64,000 nucleotides of DNA, from positions 62,001 to 126,000 of the forward strand of contig JAXLNO010002571.1 in NCBI GenBank assembly GCA_038087875.1, given 5' to 3'. This stretch comes from Malacoraja senta. Taxonomy: Eukaryota. The stretch's first letter is position 1; every line of letters starts with the position of its first letter. Shown in pieces: positions 26,096-39,483 of the stretch. Both the position numbers and the translations under genes were made by a program. A model generated the notes under the pieces. It was not told the DNA's origin. It did no database searches and saw only the letters and a list, made by a program, of their open reading frames with translations.

Positions 26096-29000
26096 GTTCA
26101 ATCAGAAACAGGTTAGAAAGAATTCAGACAACTGATATTCATAGAAACCTATGAAGCGGTTTCAAAAACCTATTGTGATCCTGCACTAACTCAGATGCTG
26201 ATTCATGAATGTTTGTACCCTATTCGATAGAAACATGCAGTCCAGGCACACACCATCTATTTTGAAGATCATCAAATAGACATGGTGACTTTGTTGTTGT
26301 TCTGATGATTATTCTTTCACTAACTACAAAGTTTTTCTCCATCCCATCATTCTCAGACAATCAATTCTTGAGATGATTGACTAACACTCTAAACGTTACT
26401 GATCATTGTGGAATGTGTCAGTGAGCTATACAGCTGCAGATTTGTGGGGAAAGTCTAGTCTAATCAATGTATGCTATTTATGTACTTTTTGTGTGTGCTA
26501 TTAATAATCTTTACATGAACAACCACATTAACTTGCATGCAATTCTTTCATTTTGGTAGTGGGAACAGCTTTTGTTAGACCAGTTAGCCTATTGCAAAAA
26601 TCGGAATGTTAATTTTAGATTTTGCTCTCTGAAGTTCAACAATACATTTCTCCATGCATTGTTTTTATAACTCTGCCGAATGTGTAATTATAAATTTCTC
26701 ATAAACGCCTTGTACATTTCAATGGCCATGATGATAATTTGAGTATGTATAATTTACAAAAAGCAAGTTAAATAGTGGTTAAAAAAAATTGGAAGTTATT
26801 CCTCCTTCCAAAAAATGTTTATCAGTGGATTCTTTAAGGCCTCTCTGTATGAGTTCTTAGACAAAGGCTTGCATCTTCCCACAGAGCAGGTCCTTTAATC
26901 CAACGGTGTTGTTGGCTATGGAAAGGAAACAATGGCTCATATTACAACAGATATTTTGTTTAAAATATAGGAAGAGAAATGATGTGTTATTAATGGTAAG
27001 CATTAACACAAAGAAAGAAGTTTCGAAGTCTTGACAGTCATGCAGAAACCTAAAATTCTCCAATTCCTGTGGTGTACTGAAGCATTATCAAATGGTTTAA
27101 TACAAGAGATTATTTTGTTTTTAAATTATGAATTGAACCTAATACGAATTGTACCTAATACGAATTAGCAGTGCCCTCTCAAATACATTTGCACATGCAT
27201 TCAAACTCTACACAAAGTCACCCAATAATTCTACTTGTCTATTGTCATATATGTCTGAATTAACGATTCAGACTAATTATTAAATACAACCTTTCTGATA
27301 TTGATATTGAAGTCTACACTATGACTAAATAGCTCTCAACTATGTATATTCATTCTCATTTGTAAAGCAAAAGCACACTTGGTTTTATATGCCATTGTAC
27401 TGATTGAGTTCTTTTAATGTGAAATGAAACTTAAGAGAATAAGCGAGTCCGTTATCTTGATAAGCACAAGGAATCCTGGTATTTGCCAAAGGTCATTCGG
27501 GATTAAAAAAAAGTGAATGCAGCACTGTATAAAACTGTGTATAAATTGTTGACTATTCTACCAAGGAATTAATCTAGAATTATGTCAACCCAATAGCTTC
27601 CTTTCTTGTTCTGCTTACACAGTCCCAGTTATAGTTCAGTTCATTAATCTGCAATTATGAAATATTCAAAACGTTAAATAATTTTTTATTTTCATTTAAT
27701 CCTTAATGTGTTTGCTACTGGAATAAGAAAATATTGCTTGTGTTTGAAACATTTTCTTATCTTTATTCATAATTTATGAGTAAAAATATATTTAATCTGA
27801 GGCAGCAATCCACAGCATCTGAAAACAATAGTTTTAACTTTGGGGGAAAAACAAAACCAAGAAAGAAAGCAAAAGGTGGAATTCCCTCCTACCGGTCCAT
27901 CAGCTCCATTTAAGTGTTCCTAGCCAATGTCTGCAGTGATTTCCGCTGAGAAGATATTTTTTTTTACTTGAATAAGGGCCAGTTTAGAAAGGGGTTATGC
28001 AGTATGCCCAACCTCACCTCTCGAAGAAAAGGTGACAATAACCTCAGTTTCCACGATAATGACATGTTTGAGGGCGATAAACTTAGCTTTTTTTAAAATA
28101 ATAATTGCACTTACCTTTGGGTTAATTGTGATATCAGTTCACCATTTGTTTTCCCAATTTCTCAGGCATCTACCAAAAGTACAGGTTCTACACCATAGTC
28201 AACTTCCCTCGAGCTCTGGAAGCAATCAGCCACACCTAATGCAATACCACAAATCTAAAGGCTGCTACTGAACAGAAAAAACCCCACTGACAAAGAGAAT
28301 ATTAAGGCATTCTGCAAAAGCATAAACGTGGTCAGGCTAGATTACATGGGGAATTTGCAACAGCACTGCATGGAATTGCCAGCATTCTCTTATTTTAAGT
28401 GCCACTACTTTACAAATCATACATTTCATTTCATTCTCCCCCCCCCCCCCTCCCCAAAAACAAAAACAATAAAAAATGGTTGTTATTCATCATCACGATC
28501 TCGCTCACTCAGCGAAGCATAATGCAATAAAACCACCAAAATCATCATAGTTTTGTACAAATGATCCATAAATATACCTGGTTAATAATTTTGAAAGCAC
28601 TATTTTCTTACCTCGAAGAAGCAAAACTGGAAAATACGTATGAAACGCAGGTCCATACACACGCAGTAGCTGGTGAGAATGTTTATCCCGCATGACCCAT
28701 GACCCAGGCATGTTCAGTTATAATACCGAACTCGCTTATTGTAAACTCTTTAGCTATCGACTGTTCAAAATGGCTTGTGCATTTTACATTGGAAGTAGGA
28801 CTGAATGGAAAATTTGTTGGAATTATTTCAGTGCCTGTCACTTCAATAATTTGAAAATGTTTCATTCAATATCACAATGTCCATACTCAACCTCATTCCA
28901 TCCATTGAAAAGGCAGATGTATATACAGTCTGCAACATCTAAAAATTATATTTTCATGCTTAAATGTTAATGCTTTGCATGAGTAACTTGTTTTTATCAA

Positions 29001-29811
29001 GTTACAAGAATGATACAGCAACTTTGTTTATTCTTTTTTTTCTTTTATAGTCTCTGTACAAATTGAATTGACAGGAACTATTGAAAGTAGATTGGCACCT
29101 CAAACATTTGCAAATAATGATTGGAATTGACATTAACTTATTGCATTATGGCATTTTAATTTTCCACAAGTACCTAAATTGTGAATGATACTTACATGCT
29201 ATGTTAAAGGCAGTGAAACAGCATCAACTAAGTTCCAGGTTGAGTCTGAAAAATGATCTTGGTCATCTCTAACCAAACACAAGCACAGCTACCAATGAGA
29301 ATGTACTTATCAGGCAAATCAATTAGCTTCCTAATGTAATTTTCACCTTGTGAGATTTAGGGTAGGATTTGGGGACATCCTCTCACTGTCCCAGCAGTAC
29401 TGAGCAGCAAATCAGATTTATTTTTGACTGATATCCTAGCTGACGTGTAGCTAGGTTTACATTGTAAAGCGAGCAAGATGGACAGTTGCTAATTTACCTT
29501 TGGTCTTTGCTGCTTTATTGTCCTTCAAAATCTCCCTTGGTCACTGAAATTTGTGAAGTAACATTAGTTGATATAGAAAATATTCTGGAGTAAAATAATG
29601 GGGGACAAAATTTAACCTGGCAATAAAGAAAAACGTTTGAGTTATTTTAATCTTGCTGGAAACACAGTATAAATATTAAATTTACAGCAGGAAGTGAGTT
29701 TCTTCAGCTTAACAGCTTTGAACTGGTAAGTTATTGAATCCTCATCAAGTGTGCAAATTGTTTAATTAAAAAAGTAGTAATCCTGCTGTCTTTCTTTATT
29801 TCAATCTTCAG

Positions 29812-29939
29812 ATTTGGTCTGAACCGGCGATCTCCTGGGTCCGTTGACCGTCTGAGTTTTAATGAGGGCGGCAGTAGCGGTAAATCCACACCCATTTGGC
29901 AGAAAAGTGAAGATGGTGGCATGGAGAAAACCACAACAG
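29812..29939 (+). CDS. SIPA1L1: SIPA1L1 internal exon, absent from the ORF track (FGLNRRSPGSVDRLSFNEGGSSGKSTPIWQKSEDGGMEKTTT)
   Basis: Hand translation matches recalled FGVSRRSPASIDRQ...GGSGKSTPSWQRSEDS. Acceptor tttcaatcttcag|, donor G|gttagt. 128 nt, phase 2 to 1. Confidence 0.92.
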
Positions 29940-30450
29940 GTTAGTATGACCTTGGCTATGTGTTGGCTGTTTTTAATGTTATCACTGTGTACCTTTTGTT
30001 TGGGTATTATTGAATTGTTTTGTATTAAATATGCCACATAAATTTAAGAACTGATTATTTTAATATATTTATAATGGTGTTCCGAAATCCAATCTGATCT
30101 GAATTACTGAAATCAAAGTTCAGGTCTCTTAGATCCACTCTCCACAATTCCACAATTAGTATAATCATTATTGCCTATATAGTTGATCTCAAATTTATCT
30201 ATTTAGTCACTAGGGAAAGCAATAGAAAAACATTCAGCAATTCCTTAACTCACTAACAGGGGAAAGGCAGATTGCAGAGACGCAAAAAAGTGACTCCCAG
30301 ATGGTGCGGGAGCAGCATACGTGGAAATTAGAGGCCCTTGTTTTAAAAAATAAATTTCTTCTGTGCATCATGGTCCATGTTTTCCAAGTCAACATGCAAT
30401 TGACATTTGACTCCAGCCTGTGCATTTTTTTATAAAGCCAAAATATATAT

Positions 30451-30747
30451 AGGGCCGCGCAATGGCTCAGCATGGTAGGGTTGCTGCCTTCCAGCACCAG
30501 AGATCTGGGTTCAACCTAGACTAAGGGTGTTGTCTGTACGGAGTTTGTACATGTTCCCTGTGATCACGTGGGTTTACACTGGGTGCTCCAATTTACTCCC
30601 CACGCTTCAAAGACCAACAGGTTTGTAGGTTAATTGGCTTTGATACAATTGTAAATTGTCCCTAGTGTGTTGGATAGTGCTAGTGTATGGGGATTGCTGG
30701 TCAGCACGGACTCAATGTGCCAAAGAGCTGTATCTCTAAAGTCTAAA
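30451..30747 (+). mobile_element. tRNA-derived SINE (HE1/V-SINE-like)
   Basis: Same head, core and tail as the 5776 copy. Confidence 0.85.
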
Positions 30748-32866
30748 TATTAGAAGTACCTGTCTGGCATATTGGCTCTGAGGATGAGAAAAAAAAGTTT
30801 ATGATCTTGGTGCAGAGACATGATTCCTTAGTTTGTCTGTGTACAGTCACGCCAGAAAAGAGAAAGAACGGGAGTAAATAATCGTCTGAATATCATAATG
30901 GGGCAGATCACACTGATATAGTTAATGGTGCTGTAGAGAACTGCTGCCTAACAGCATCACATGCATTGAGGTGTTCTAGACTTTGGTGCCTTTGCTCTGC
31001 AGTGCAGATGTACATAACAGGTTGAATGGTTAGGTTCCAAGCTTGCCTGACCTCCTGTTCTATCCTTGGACTTGCCATCAAGTCCTTAACTCCCTGAACT
31101 CAAAGGACACATATGCTGTAGCTGCTCCCTCAGCTTATGCCACCTGGAGCCACAGCATTGAATGCAGTCCCATTTGTTTGATTGGTGTCATTGATCTTTA
31201 TTAAAATTGTGTTTTTTTTTATTTTAACAATTAATTCATGCAGCTAAATGACTTTAAAGGAATTTATTAATATTTAATGTTACTCTAATGATTTTTATTT
31301 GTTAATTATTTAATTGCTTTCAATTTTGACGGACCATGAGAGATATTTAGAAACACTGGTTCAATAGAGCTTTATTTGTCACATATGCAATTGCACAGTG
31401 AAATTCTTTTTGCATATATGACACATGCAGGCGCCACAATGTGTTGGCACCATTTCTGCTGAAAGCGTATGTTGAAAGCACTCTCACAATTAATGACCTC
31501 CTCTGAAAAGAACAATGTAAATTACTCCAATATCATTGACTTGTCACAGATCCATGGTGCCTCTTTTTAATCAGCGCATACTTGTTAATTATCACCAAAG
31601 CATTTTTTCTGACTATCAATATTTGAGTTAATGCTTTGAGGTGAATATAACCACATAGTTGCTAATCCGACCAGAATAGGCTGCTCACTTGTGATAGGAC
31701 TCAGAAAATTGTATTTTTGTTGCCTTAGGCAGCTTTCTCTTCCCTGCAGATCTGCCAGCAACCGCGCACCGAGTTACGTTACAAGCTATAATTATGGAAA
31801 TTGGTAGGATGTTGCTTGACAATGGAACACATGGCAATGTTGATTGCTATTGAAACCCCAGTGTGCAACGTGCTTAATATTTGCATGTCTTCTGCCTTTT
31901 GAGAAATGCAGTTTTACTGTTTCAGGAAAATCTATTAATTAATTGAAAGTGAGAACACGATTATCTTTAGTTAAACTCTCTTTCTCTAACCAGTAATAAA
32001 AGGGCTACTTATCATCAACTTTCCTATTCAAAGTGAAGTGTTTGGCTGAGTGGTGGACAGTTTGTGGTGAGTCCGAGCATTGGAGAGGATGGGGCCGAGG
32101 AGCGGGAGAGGCCGGGAATGGGACTCCAAGGAGTAGGAGTGCCAAGGAAGGTACCCAAGGGGCAGGAGAGGCCAAACTGTGGTCTGAGACCTGCAAGATC
32201 AGAGTTGGCATGATTTTGCTTTGGGATGGGAGGAGCTGGATTGCCTCCAGTTACTGGGTCACCTTTGCTGTCTGTCCTGTTGGTCAGGGTGCAGCTCACT
32301 CCATTGTACCCATCCCCCCCATTTGTTCAATATCTGCCTTGGCATCGGAACTGGAATCCCACCAGTGGTTTTGACCCATGGACCAGAGGTTCCACAGGGT
32401 ACTTATCATGTACGAGCCTCTGAACTGAACTGAACTGTGTCAGGGCTGGAATGGCTCGTTAGTACACACTTGTGCCCAGCTACGGGCAAATTGTCCCACT
32501 TATGCTATTGTCATGCTCACCCTTCAGCAGACAGCTTAACCATTTCCAGATGACCCACCTGCAGAATGCTTCATATTAGGTGTCAAGTCAAGATTCCACA
32601 CACACAGATTCTGCCCCAGATAAACCTCCCCTTCTGCACATCGCTGAACGAAATCACCGATCAGCAGGGGGAGACCATGTCAGAAGAATATCTGATGACA
32701 GAATACAAAGCAGCAAATTTAAGGAGAGCTGACTGAGGGTAAACAAATCATATAGTGAATAGAAAATGAGCTTTAAAGCCTCTCTGAGAACAACCCTGAA
32801 GAGTATCAGCAATGACATACACCACTGCAAACAACCAGCCTTGGCATCGTTCTGTTTGGCGTACCC

Positions 32867-33173
32867 TGGGTGGTGTGACTGGTAGAGCTGCTGCCTCAGA
32901 GCACCAGAGACCTGGGTTTGATCCTGACCTCGGATGCTGTCTGTGTGGAGTGTGCACGTTCTCCCTGTGCCTGCGTGGGATTCCTCCGGGTGCTCTGGTT
33001 TCCTCCCACATTCCAAAGATGTGCGGGTTTGTGGGTTAATTGGCCTCTGGTGCAGGGAGTGGGTGTGAAATTGGGATAACATAGAACTAGTGTGAACAAG
33101 TGATTAAAGGTCAGTGAGCACCCAGAGGGCCATGGGGTTGTTTCCATACTGTATCTCTAAACTAAACTAAACT
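32867..33173 (+). mobile_element. tRNA-derived SINE (HE1/V-SINE-like)
   Basis: ggtagagctgctgcctca...ggtttcctcccacattccaaagatgtg...ctgtatctctaaactaaactaaact. Confidence 0.85.
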
Positions 33174-36100
33174 TGTAAAGAGTGGTGCTCATTCATATGA
33201 AGTAGGTAGAATGGAGGAAGCAAAAAGGAAAAGAGAGAATCTTGAAAATCAAGAATCAGTGATGCTGCAGCATCCCTGCACCTCTGACCCAGAATTTTAC
33301 AGCTTAGATTGGTCGAATGAACCATCTCCATACACACTGCAACATTTTAAACCAGATGGCAAGAACGTTACTCAATTTACTCAAGAACATAAATGGCTTG
33401 ATTGCAATTATGTATTGTATTTCCGCTGACTGGAACAAAAGCTTCAATGCAACAAAAGCTTTTCACTGTACCTTGGTACACATGACAATAAACTAAACTG
33501 AACTGAGAACGAGTGTCAGAAAGCACAACCTGCAGCGACTTCTTATTATCTGATAGTACAGTGGTGTGCTATTATCGGGTAGCACAGCAGTCCTTATCTC
33601 TGGTGCTGTTTGTGGAGCTTGTGTTCTCTATGTGACTGTGTGAATTTCTTCCAGGCGCTCCAATTTCCTCCCACTTCCCAAACAAATGAGGGGCACTAGG
33701 TTAATTGGTCACTCTAAATTGCAATTTGTGTAATTGAGTTGTAGAATCTGGGGAGAGTTGATAGGAATGTGAGAAGAATAAAATGGATTAATTAGGATTG
33801 GTATAAATGAATGCTTGATTGCCGCCACAGTCTCAGGAAGCTAAAGGTCCTGTTTCCATGCTGTATTATTCTAAATTTAGGCCATTGGTATAAGTATTGA
33901 AGTGAAAATGCAACTCGGCATTGAGTGCCTGAACAGACCAACGTCCTGAACTCATTCCAAATATTTGAAAGGTCTTCTATTGCCAAAAAGCTTTGTCCTT
34001 AATTCCATATTAAACAAGTTTCTGGTTACATGCAGCGTTCTCGTGTTCCTTTTCTTTCCATTCTCTTTTCTCTGACCCACCATCTGTTCTGTCTGCAAAA
34101 ACCTCTCATTATCATGTGCATCAAATTGCAGTGCGTTTGACAGGATAGAGTTTAGCTCTGAAGATTCATGGTAATTGTGATGACAGTAATGGATGTAGGA
34201 CCTCCCATCCCCCCTGCTGCATATCCGTAGCCAGCAAAGTGGCTCCGCAACACCCGGGAACTAATGACACAAGTTTATTATTTAAGTTGTGCTCAACAAC
34301 AGAGGACTTGAGAAAACTCAAAATGTCACCGATTAGCTTGTGCTGTTGGCACTGCTCCAAAATAATATAGTATACGCCAGCTTTAGGGTTTTTTTAAGGA
34401 CTGACTATTATTATCATCCACAGCTGAGCAACAGAGTTTCGTAATTAACTTGACTCGGTCTTTATAGCCCAGTCTGTAAATGTGAATTATGAGTCTTCCA
34501 ATATGGTTGCTTAAAGTGTGTCATTACAATAGGTAATTCAAATGCCAATACGAGCTTCCCATGGTTTGAATCCAAGAGATAGCAAGGCATTTTGAATGAA
34601 AGAAAGTGGAGGATAATTCATCTCCGATCACAGGAGCAAACAGTGTATAAGTGTATCAGCTGGTGCTTGTATTTATCTTTGCACAGTCAGTTCCATCAAA
34701 GTGAATGGATTTGAATTCTGAAGACAGAATGCAGCATGCAGCTTTGAATTAAATCATCTTATTCAGAGATGCCCACTGGGAAAGAATTTCTAGCTAGTGG
34801 CGTTTTAATATTTCTGATCCATGTACAATGATTTTATAACTGTTCCAAAGCTGATACTGTGAACGTTCTGTTGACACTTTTTACTTTGGTGTTGAGATTA
34901 TTCTGTTACAGAACTCATGATGGTACCTGTTGTATAACTTCCCAACAATGATGACCCCATAAACCTTGGGTGAAAAAAAGCTGAACTCCCAAAATGTAAT
35001 GCATTTGGTGCCGAGCCCAGTACTTGATAGCTGTCCCTGTTTGGGAAATGTGCTTTTCTGCAGTCATAGGATGATTAAAATACCAATTCCTAAGACACCC
35101 ACCTAAAGTGCAGTTTGTAGTATCTAGGGGCTTCGTTATGGTGACCCATTTGTTTCTGCCAGATCAGAATGGCTGCCGTTGCACTTTTAGTGTTCATAAT
35201 GGCAAAATGTGCCACAAAAAGCAGGCTATTACTTATTATTTCTCACTACATTTAGTTTGTTTTGCTTCCTGAAGTTTGGTGTCTTAAATGAAGCCAGATA
35301 TTCACACTGTGATTTTTGAACTCTGTTTTTATTCTTTTTTGGGGGGGCTCTGCCAAGGCTTCCAATTTTGGAGATGCCCCCTGCTTGCACTGTACACCCC
35401 TCCCCTTCTACTTCTCTGCAATCACCGTCAAGCACCAGAACTGAGCAGTGCAATTTGGTACAGTCACCTCGCGTTGCACACGGGGGTTACATTGCTGAAA
35501 AGCAGTGTGTAATTCAAAAACTGGTAAATTAAACATACGGATATGTAAAAAGCGAGTTGCCTGTATTTCCACATGAGCTAAGGGCAATTGGCTGTTGCAA
35601 TGGTTTCAGTTTATCAGGCTAGATCACTTTGCACTCCACCTCACTCGCTGCTCCGTTGCAACCTCACGTGTGCCTCTTGGTGAGCCTACTGAAAGAAATG
35701 CTGCCTGGGAGCAGAGGCCTGATCCTCTAGCAGATTCTGTGTTACATGATGATTGTTAGTATGCTGGCAGTAGAGGGGTGGTCAAGTAAAAGTCCCTCGT
35801 GTGTGCTGCTGATGTGGTGTCCATTGTTTTACAGGAAACGTGGTGAAGTCCCTCAATGTCATTGGTGTTTCAGTGGTAATGACAGGGGAGGAAGTATGAA
35901 TATGAAATATTTAAAAAATAAGAAACATTTAATCATTTGTACCAGTTAACAGGAAATTAGGATAAATAGTTAATGAGGCAGCATGTTCCTCTCTGATCCG
36001 AGGCAGTTATTGGGACAGGTTTGACTTTGAGTCCTTGATCAAGCTAGGCTTCCTCTGACAAGGAATGATGTGCGCAGATTGGCTGGACTATCAAAATAGT

Positions 36101-36622
36101 TCTTACGTTAATTCTGCAGCTCCAAAATATTATTAATTTCATAATTTGCTATCTGTTGCTTTTATCTTGTCATTTTGTGGTGCCCCAAATTGTTATCTTG
36201 TTGAGCAATAGAAAAAATGCATTCATCACTGCATTTAAATATTCTGCTGCAAACATGTTTTTGGAACTATAGTGTTTGTAAAGAGGTTAAAAATGCCATT
36301 GTTGTGCCTTGTAACTTCTTTTCATTCTGGGACATGGCAAACACTCCACGCAAAGAGACTGCTTTATGCATTTTCAAAAGATTTCATTAGTTACAACATC
36401 TGAAATGATAATTGCAGCTGTTTCTTGGACCACAACAGTCACCAGTTTCTACATGAATGTAAAATACTCTGTATTACTTTCAAAGTAGGGATTACAGCTC
36501 TTTCCGCTTTCATGCTATGCCAGTTTGTAGTCTAATTAATGTTGGGACTGTTTATAAATAACACTTAATCAGTGGAGGAGAAATCCTCTGCTGTTTTATA
36601 AAGGTGTTGAAATATCTTTCAG

Positions 36623-36741
36623 AGCCAACCTGGCACATTCCATCGGTGTCGAAGGTAACATCTGCACTCAGAGATAGCCCCAGCGGGAGGTTGGTGAGAC
36701 AGGAAGTCGTGGACCATGTTTCTCCCGTCAAACATGGACAG
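36623..36741 (+). CDS. SIPA1L1: SIPA1L1 internal exon (EPTWHIPSVSKVTSALRDSPSGRLVRQEVVDHVSPVKHGQ)
   Basis: Matches recalled [39 protein letters not shown]. Acceptor atctttcag|, donor CAG|gtaaac. 119 nt, phase 1 to 0. Confidence 0.9.
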
Positions 36742-37394
36742 GTAAACAAGTTAAAACCTATTATATGCCAGCGTTACATCTGCTCCAGCATACTAGGAGT
36801 GATCTTCAACCCTTCACACCCTACCCCCTTCCCTCACCACTCTCCTCCTCAGCCTTGTTAATGATCTTTATGAGTGGAATAAAGTGTGAGCACTTGCCAT
36901 ATTTATAGCTGACTTGCAACTCTCAACAGATGTGAAATTACTGAAAGCTTTACTGTGGTTTTCAGGTTAACATGTTCATTTTGACATTTGACATTACATT
37001 AAACTTGCCAAACAGCTTCTTTGGAGTTCTTGAAATTGAACATTTGGTTCCGTATAACTTATAAATCTCAGTGCGCCAAACACTTGTGTGTTTTTACTGC
37101 TGGTCCTCACCACTAACATAATTTGCGTTACTGCTGAGCCAGAAACCTCTGCTCAGATTCTGCCACATTCTTCGTCATGCCATTACGTTTAGTGGGGAGA
37201 GAGAAACGCTGAGAGGGGAAATGCACATAGTTGGAAAATACCGTATGGAGATACATTTCCCTTTGGAAGAAAGGCGAGAGGGGGAAACAAAGCTGAAGGA
37301 CAGAATTTCAAAGACCAGCTTATCATAAAGAGGGTAGCAGTAGTTGGGAAATGGTCATCTCAAAGAATTTGAAACTGTGGACTAGGTCACACCT

Positions 37395-37706
37395 AGGGTG
37401 GCACAGTGGCACAATGTTAGAGTTGCTGCCTTACAGCGCCAGGTGCCCGGTTCAATCCTGATGATGGGTGCTGTCTATATGGAGTTTGTACATTCTCCCC
37501 GTTACCATATAAGATTTCTCCAGGTGCTCTTGTTTCCTCCCACACTCCAAAGACGTACAGGTTTGTAGGTTAATTGGCTTCTTAAAAAAAAAAAATGTCC
37601 CTAGTGTGTAGGATAGTGTTAGTGTACGTGGATCGCTGATCTGCGTGGACATGGTGGGCCAAATGGCCTGTTTGTGCAGTGTATCTCTAAACTCAAATAA
37701 ACTAAA
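37395..37706 (+). mobile_element. tRNA-derived SINE (HE1/V-SINE-like)
   Basis: ggtggcacagtggcaca...cccggttcaatcctga...ctccaaagacgtacaggtttgtaggttaattggc...gtatctctaaact. Confidence 0.85.
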
Positions 37707-38074
37707 CACACAGCTGGAAGATTGAAATCCATAAAGTGCGAAGAGAAAAAAAACACACCATTTTCAAACATTGCTTACAAAGTTCACAGATCTTCAATAT
37801 TACAAAAGAGTTGAGGAAAACCAGAGGAATGTAAAGACACATGAGGCATAATTCCCATAAATGGGGTAAAAATGTAAATGGGTTAGGATGCTCTTCGCTG
37901 GATTAAATACATTGAAGTTATACATGTTATTGCTTTCAGATTTTGTCTCACCTTCCCTCTTTCTATCCCATCCCAATAAAATGCATGGCATGAAGAAAGC
38001 TGGGCAGCTACATTTTCTTTGCACACATCAGCAGCACAGAATGTTGTGTGTGAAAGATACACCTTCTAGATGCG

Positions 38075-38560
38075 CTGGGACGCATCCTCATTGATGTGAC
38101 CTGGGGTCATCGGGTGTTTCGGGTCTCACAACATCAGACACCCTCGCCCAGGCGACCCAGCCGGGGTTGATCAGGCCCCGACTTGCGTCCCAGCAGCAAC
38201 CGCCCACGGATCAGCCCTCTTAATCCAAAACCACCTAGTGGCTTTCTCTGCGGCTTCGCTTGCGGATTGAATGGCCCTCTTCTTTGCCAGCCCCGTAATG
38301 CCCAACTGGTTGAGGACTTTGCAGAGTGAGCATCCTGCAAAGCCTCTACAGCCCACCTCTATGGGCTCATAGTATGCCTTCCATAAGCTGTCCTGGCACA
38401 TCTCCACCAGTTCCTGGTACTTTGCGCGTTTCCTCTCATTAGCCTCTTCAATACGCTCTTCCCAGGACACTGTCAGCTCCAGAATGATCAGCTGTTTCGT
38501 CACTTCAGAGGTGGTGATCATGTCTGGCTGGAGTGATGTGCTGTGGAAATTTCAGCTGTT
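38075..38560 (-). mobile_element. HERO-like LINE 3' end with a restriction-like endonuclease (RLE)
   Basis: PDMITTSEVTKQLIILELTVSWEERIEEANERKRAKYQEL...PIEVGCRGF is the PD-(D/E)xK RLE motif typical of HERO-clade elements, followed by a short 3' UTR. Confidence 0.85.
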
Positions 38561-38899
38561 TGAGAAATGTTCAAGTGTTTGAGAATTGAAGTGAAGGCTT
38601 TTACTGAGTCATCCTCCATTGCTTGTACTGCTCAATAAAAATGGATGTTTTCACATGGCAAGATAGCAATCATGAATCAGTTATTATTAGTACTTCTTTG
38701 AGGCAAGTTACTTCCAGAACATTTGCTTATCACATTGACTTTGTTTAAACTTGTGTCACAATCCAGTATTGCTCACAAAGTAATGACTCAACAAAACCAT
38801 TCTGAGGCTCCAAGTTCAATGTTCAACACAGAGCATCCCACAATGTTACCTTGTATGGAAACCACTGTGCTTGAGGCTTATTGACTTATTGATCAGTTA

Positions 38900-39283
38900 A
38901 CCCCACCTGATACCCAAAGCAGAATGGATTATCTTTGGAATAACGGAAGATGGTCCAGAACTAAATGTGTTTCAAAAGAAACTAATAGACTATGGGTTAA
39001 TAACTGGAAAAAAGCTAATTCTAAAATTTTGGAAGAAGGCTCCAATACCAACTATAAACATGTGGATTTCAAATATGTTCGAAACATTACACCTAGAAGA
39101 GATAAGACTCCTCCTTGCAGGTAAACCAGACCACTTCCACCTGACGTGGTCTGCATTTATAGAATTATTACAAACATAGGGTGCAAAAGTACTTTAAAAA
39201 AAATTGAGGTCAGGTAAGGGGGGATGATAGTTGAAGAGTTGGTATGTCCCATTTGCTTAATGCTCATAAAAAATATTTGTTTC
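38900..39283 (+). mobile_element. L1/Tx1-type LINE ORF2 C-terminal fragment running towards the gap
   Basis: LIDYGLITGKKLILKFWKKAPIPTINMWISNMFETLHLEEIR resembles the C-terminus of fish L1-clade ORF2. Confidence 0.65.
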
Positions 39284-39483
39284 NNNNNNNNNNNNNNNNN
39301 NNNNNNNNNNNNNNNNNNNNNNNNNNNNNNNNNNNNNNNNNNNNNNNNNNNNNNNNNNNNNNNNNNNNNNNNNNNNNNNNNNNNNNNNNNNNNNNNNNNN
39401 NNNNNNNNNNNNNNNNNNNNNNNNNNNNNNNNNNNNNNNNNNNNNNNNNNNNNNNNNNNNNNNNNNNNNNNNNNNNNNNNNNN
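39284..39483. other. Assembly gap (200 N scaffold join)
   Basis: Exactly 200 Ns. Gene orientation switches across it. Confidence 0.99.

Noticed and set aside
35358-35460. Possible exon after a pyrimidine tract at ~35320-35340
   Set aside because: The boundaries tried did not give a phase 1-1 exon, no homology was recognised, and the apparent donor coincides with a Tigger-like element start.
38100-38150. Hammerhead-like words (ctgatgt...gaaac) in the HERO 3' UTR on the minus strand
   Set aside because: The core reads CUGAUGU rather than CUGANGA, and I could not build a consistent three-stem fold.
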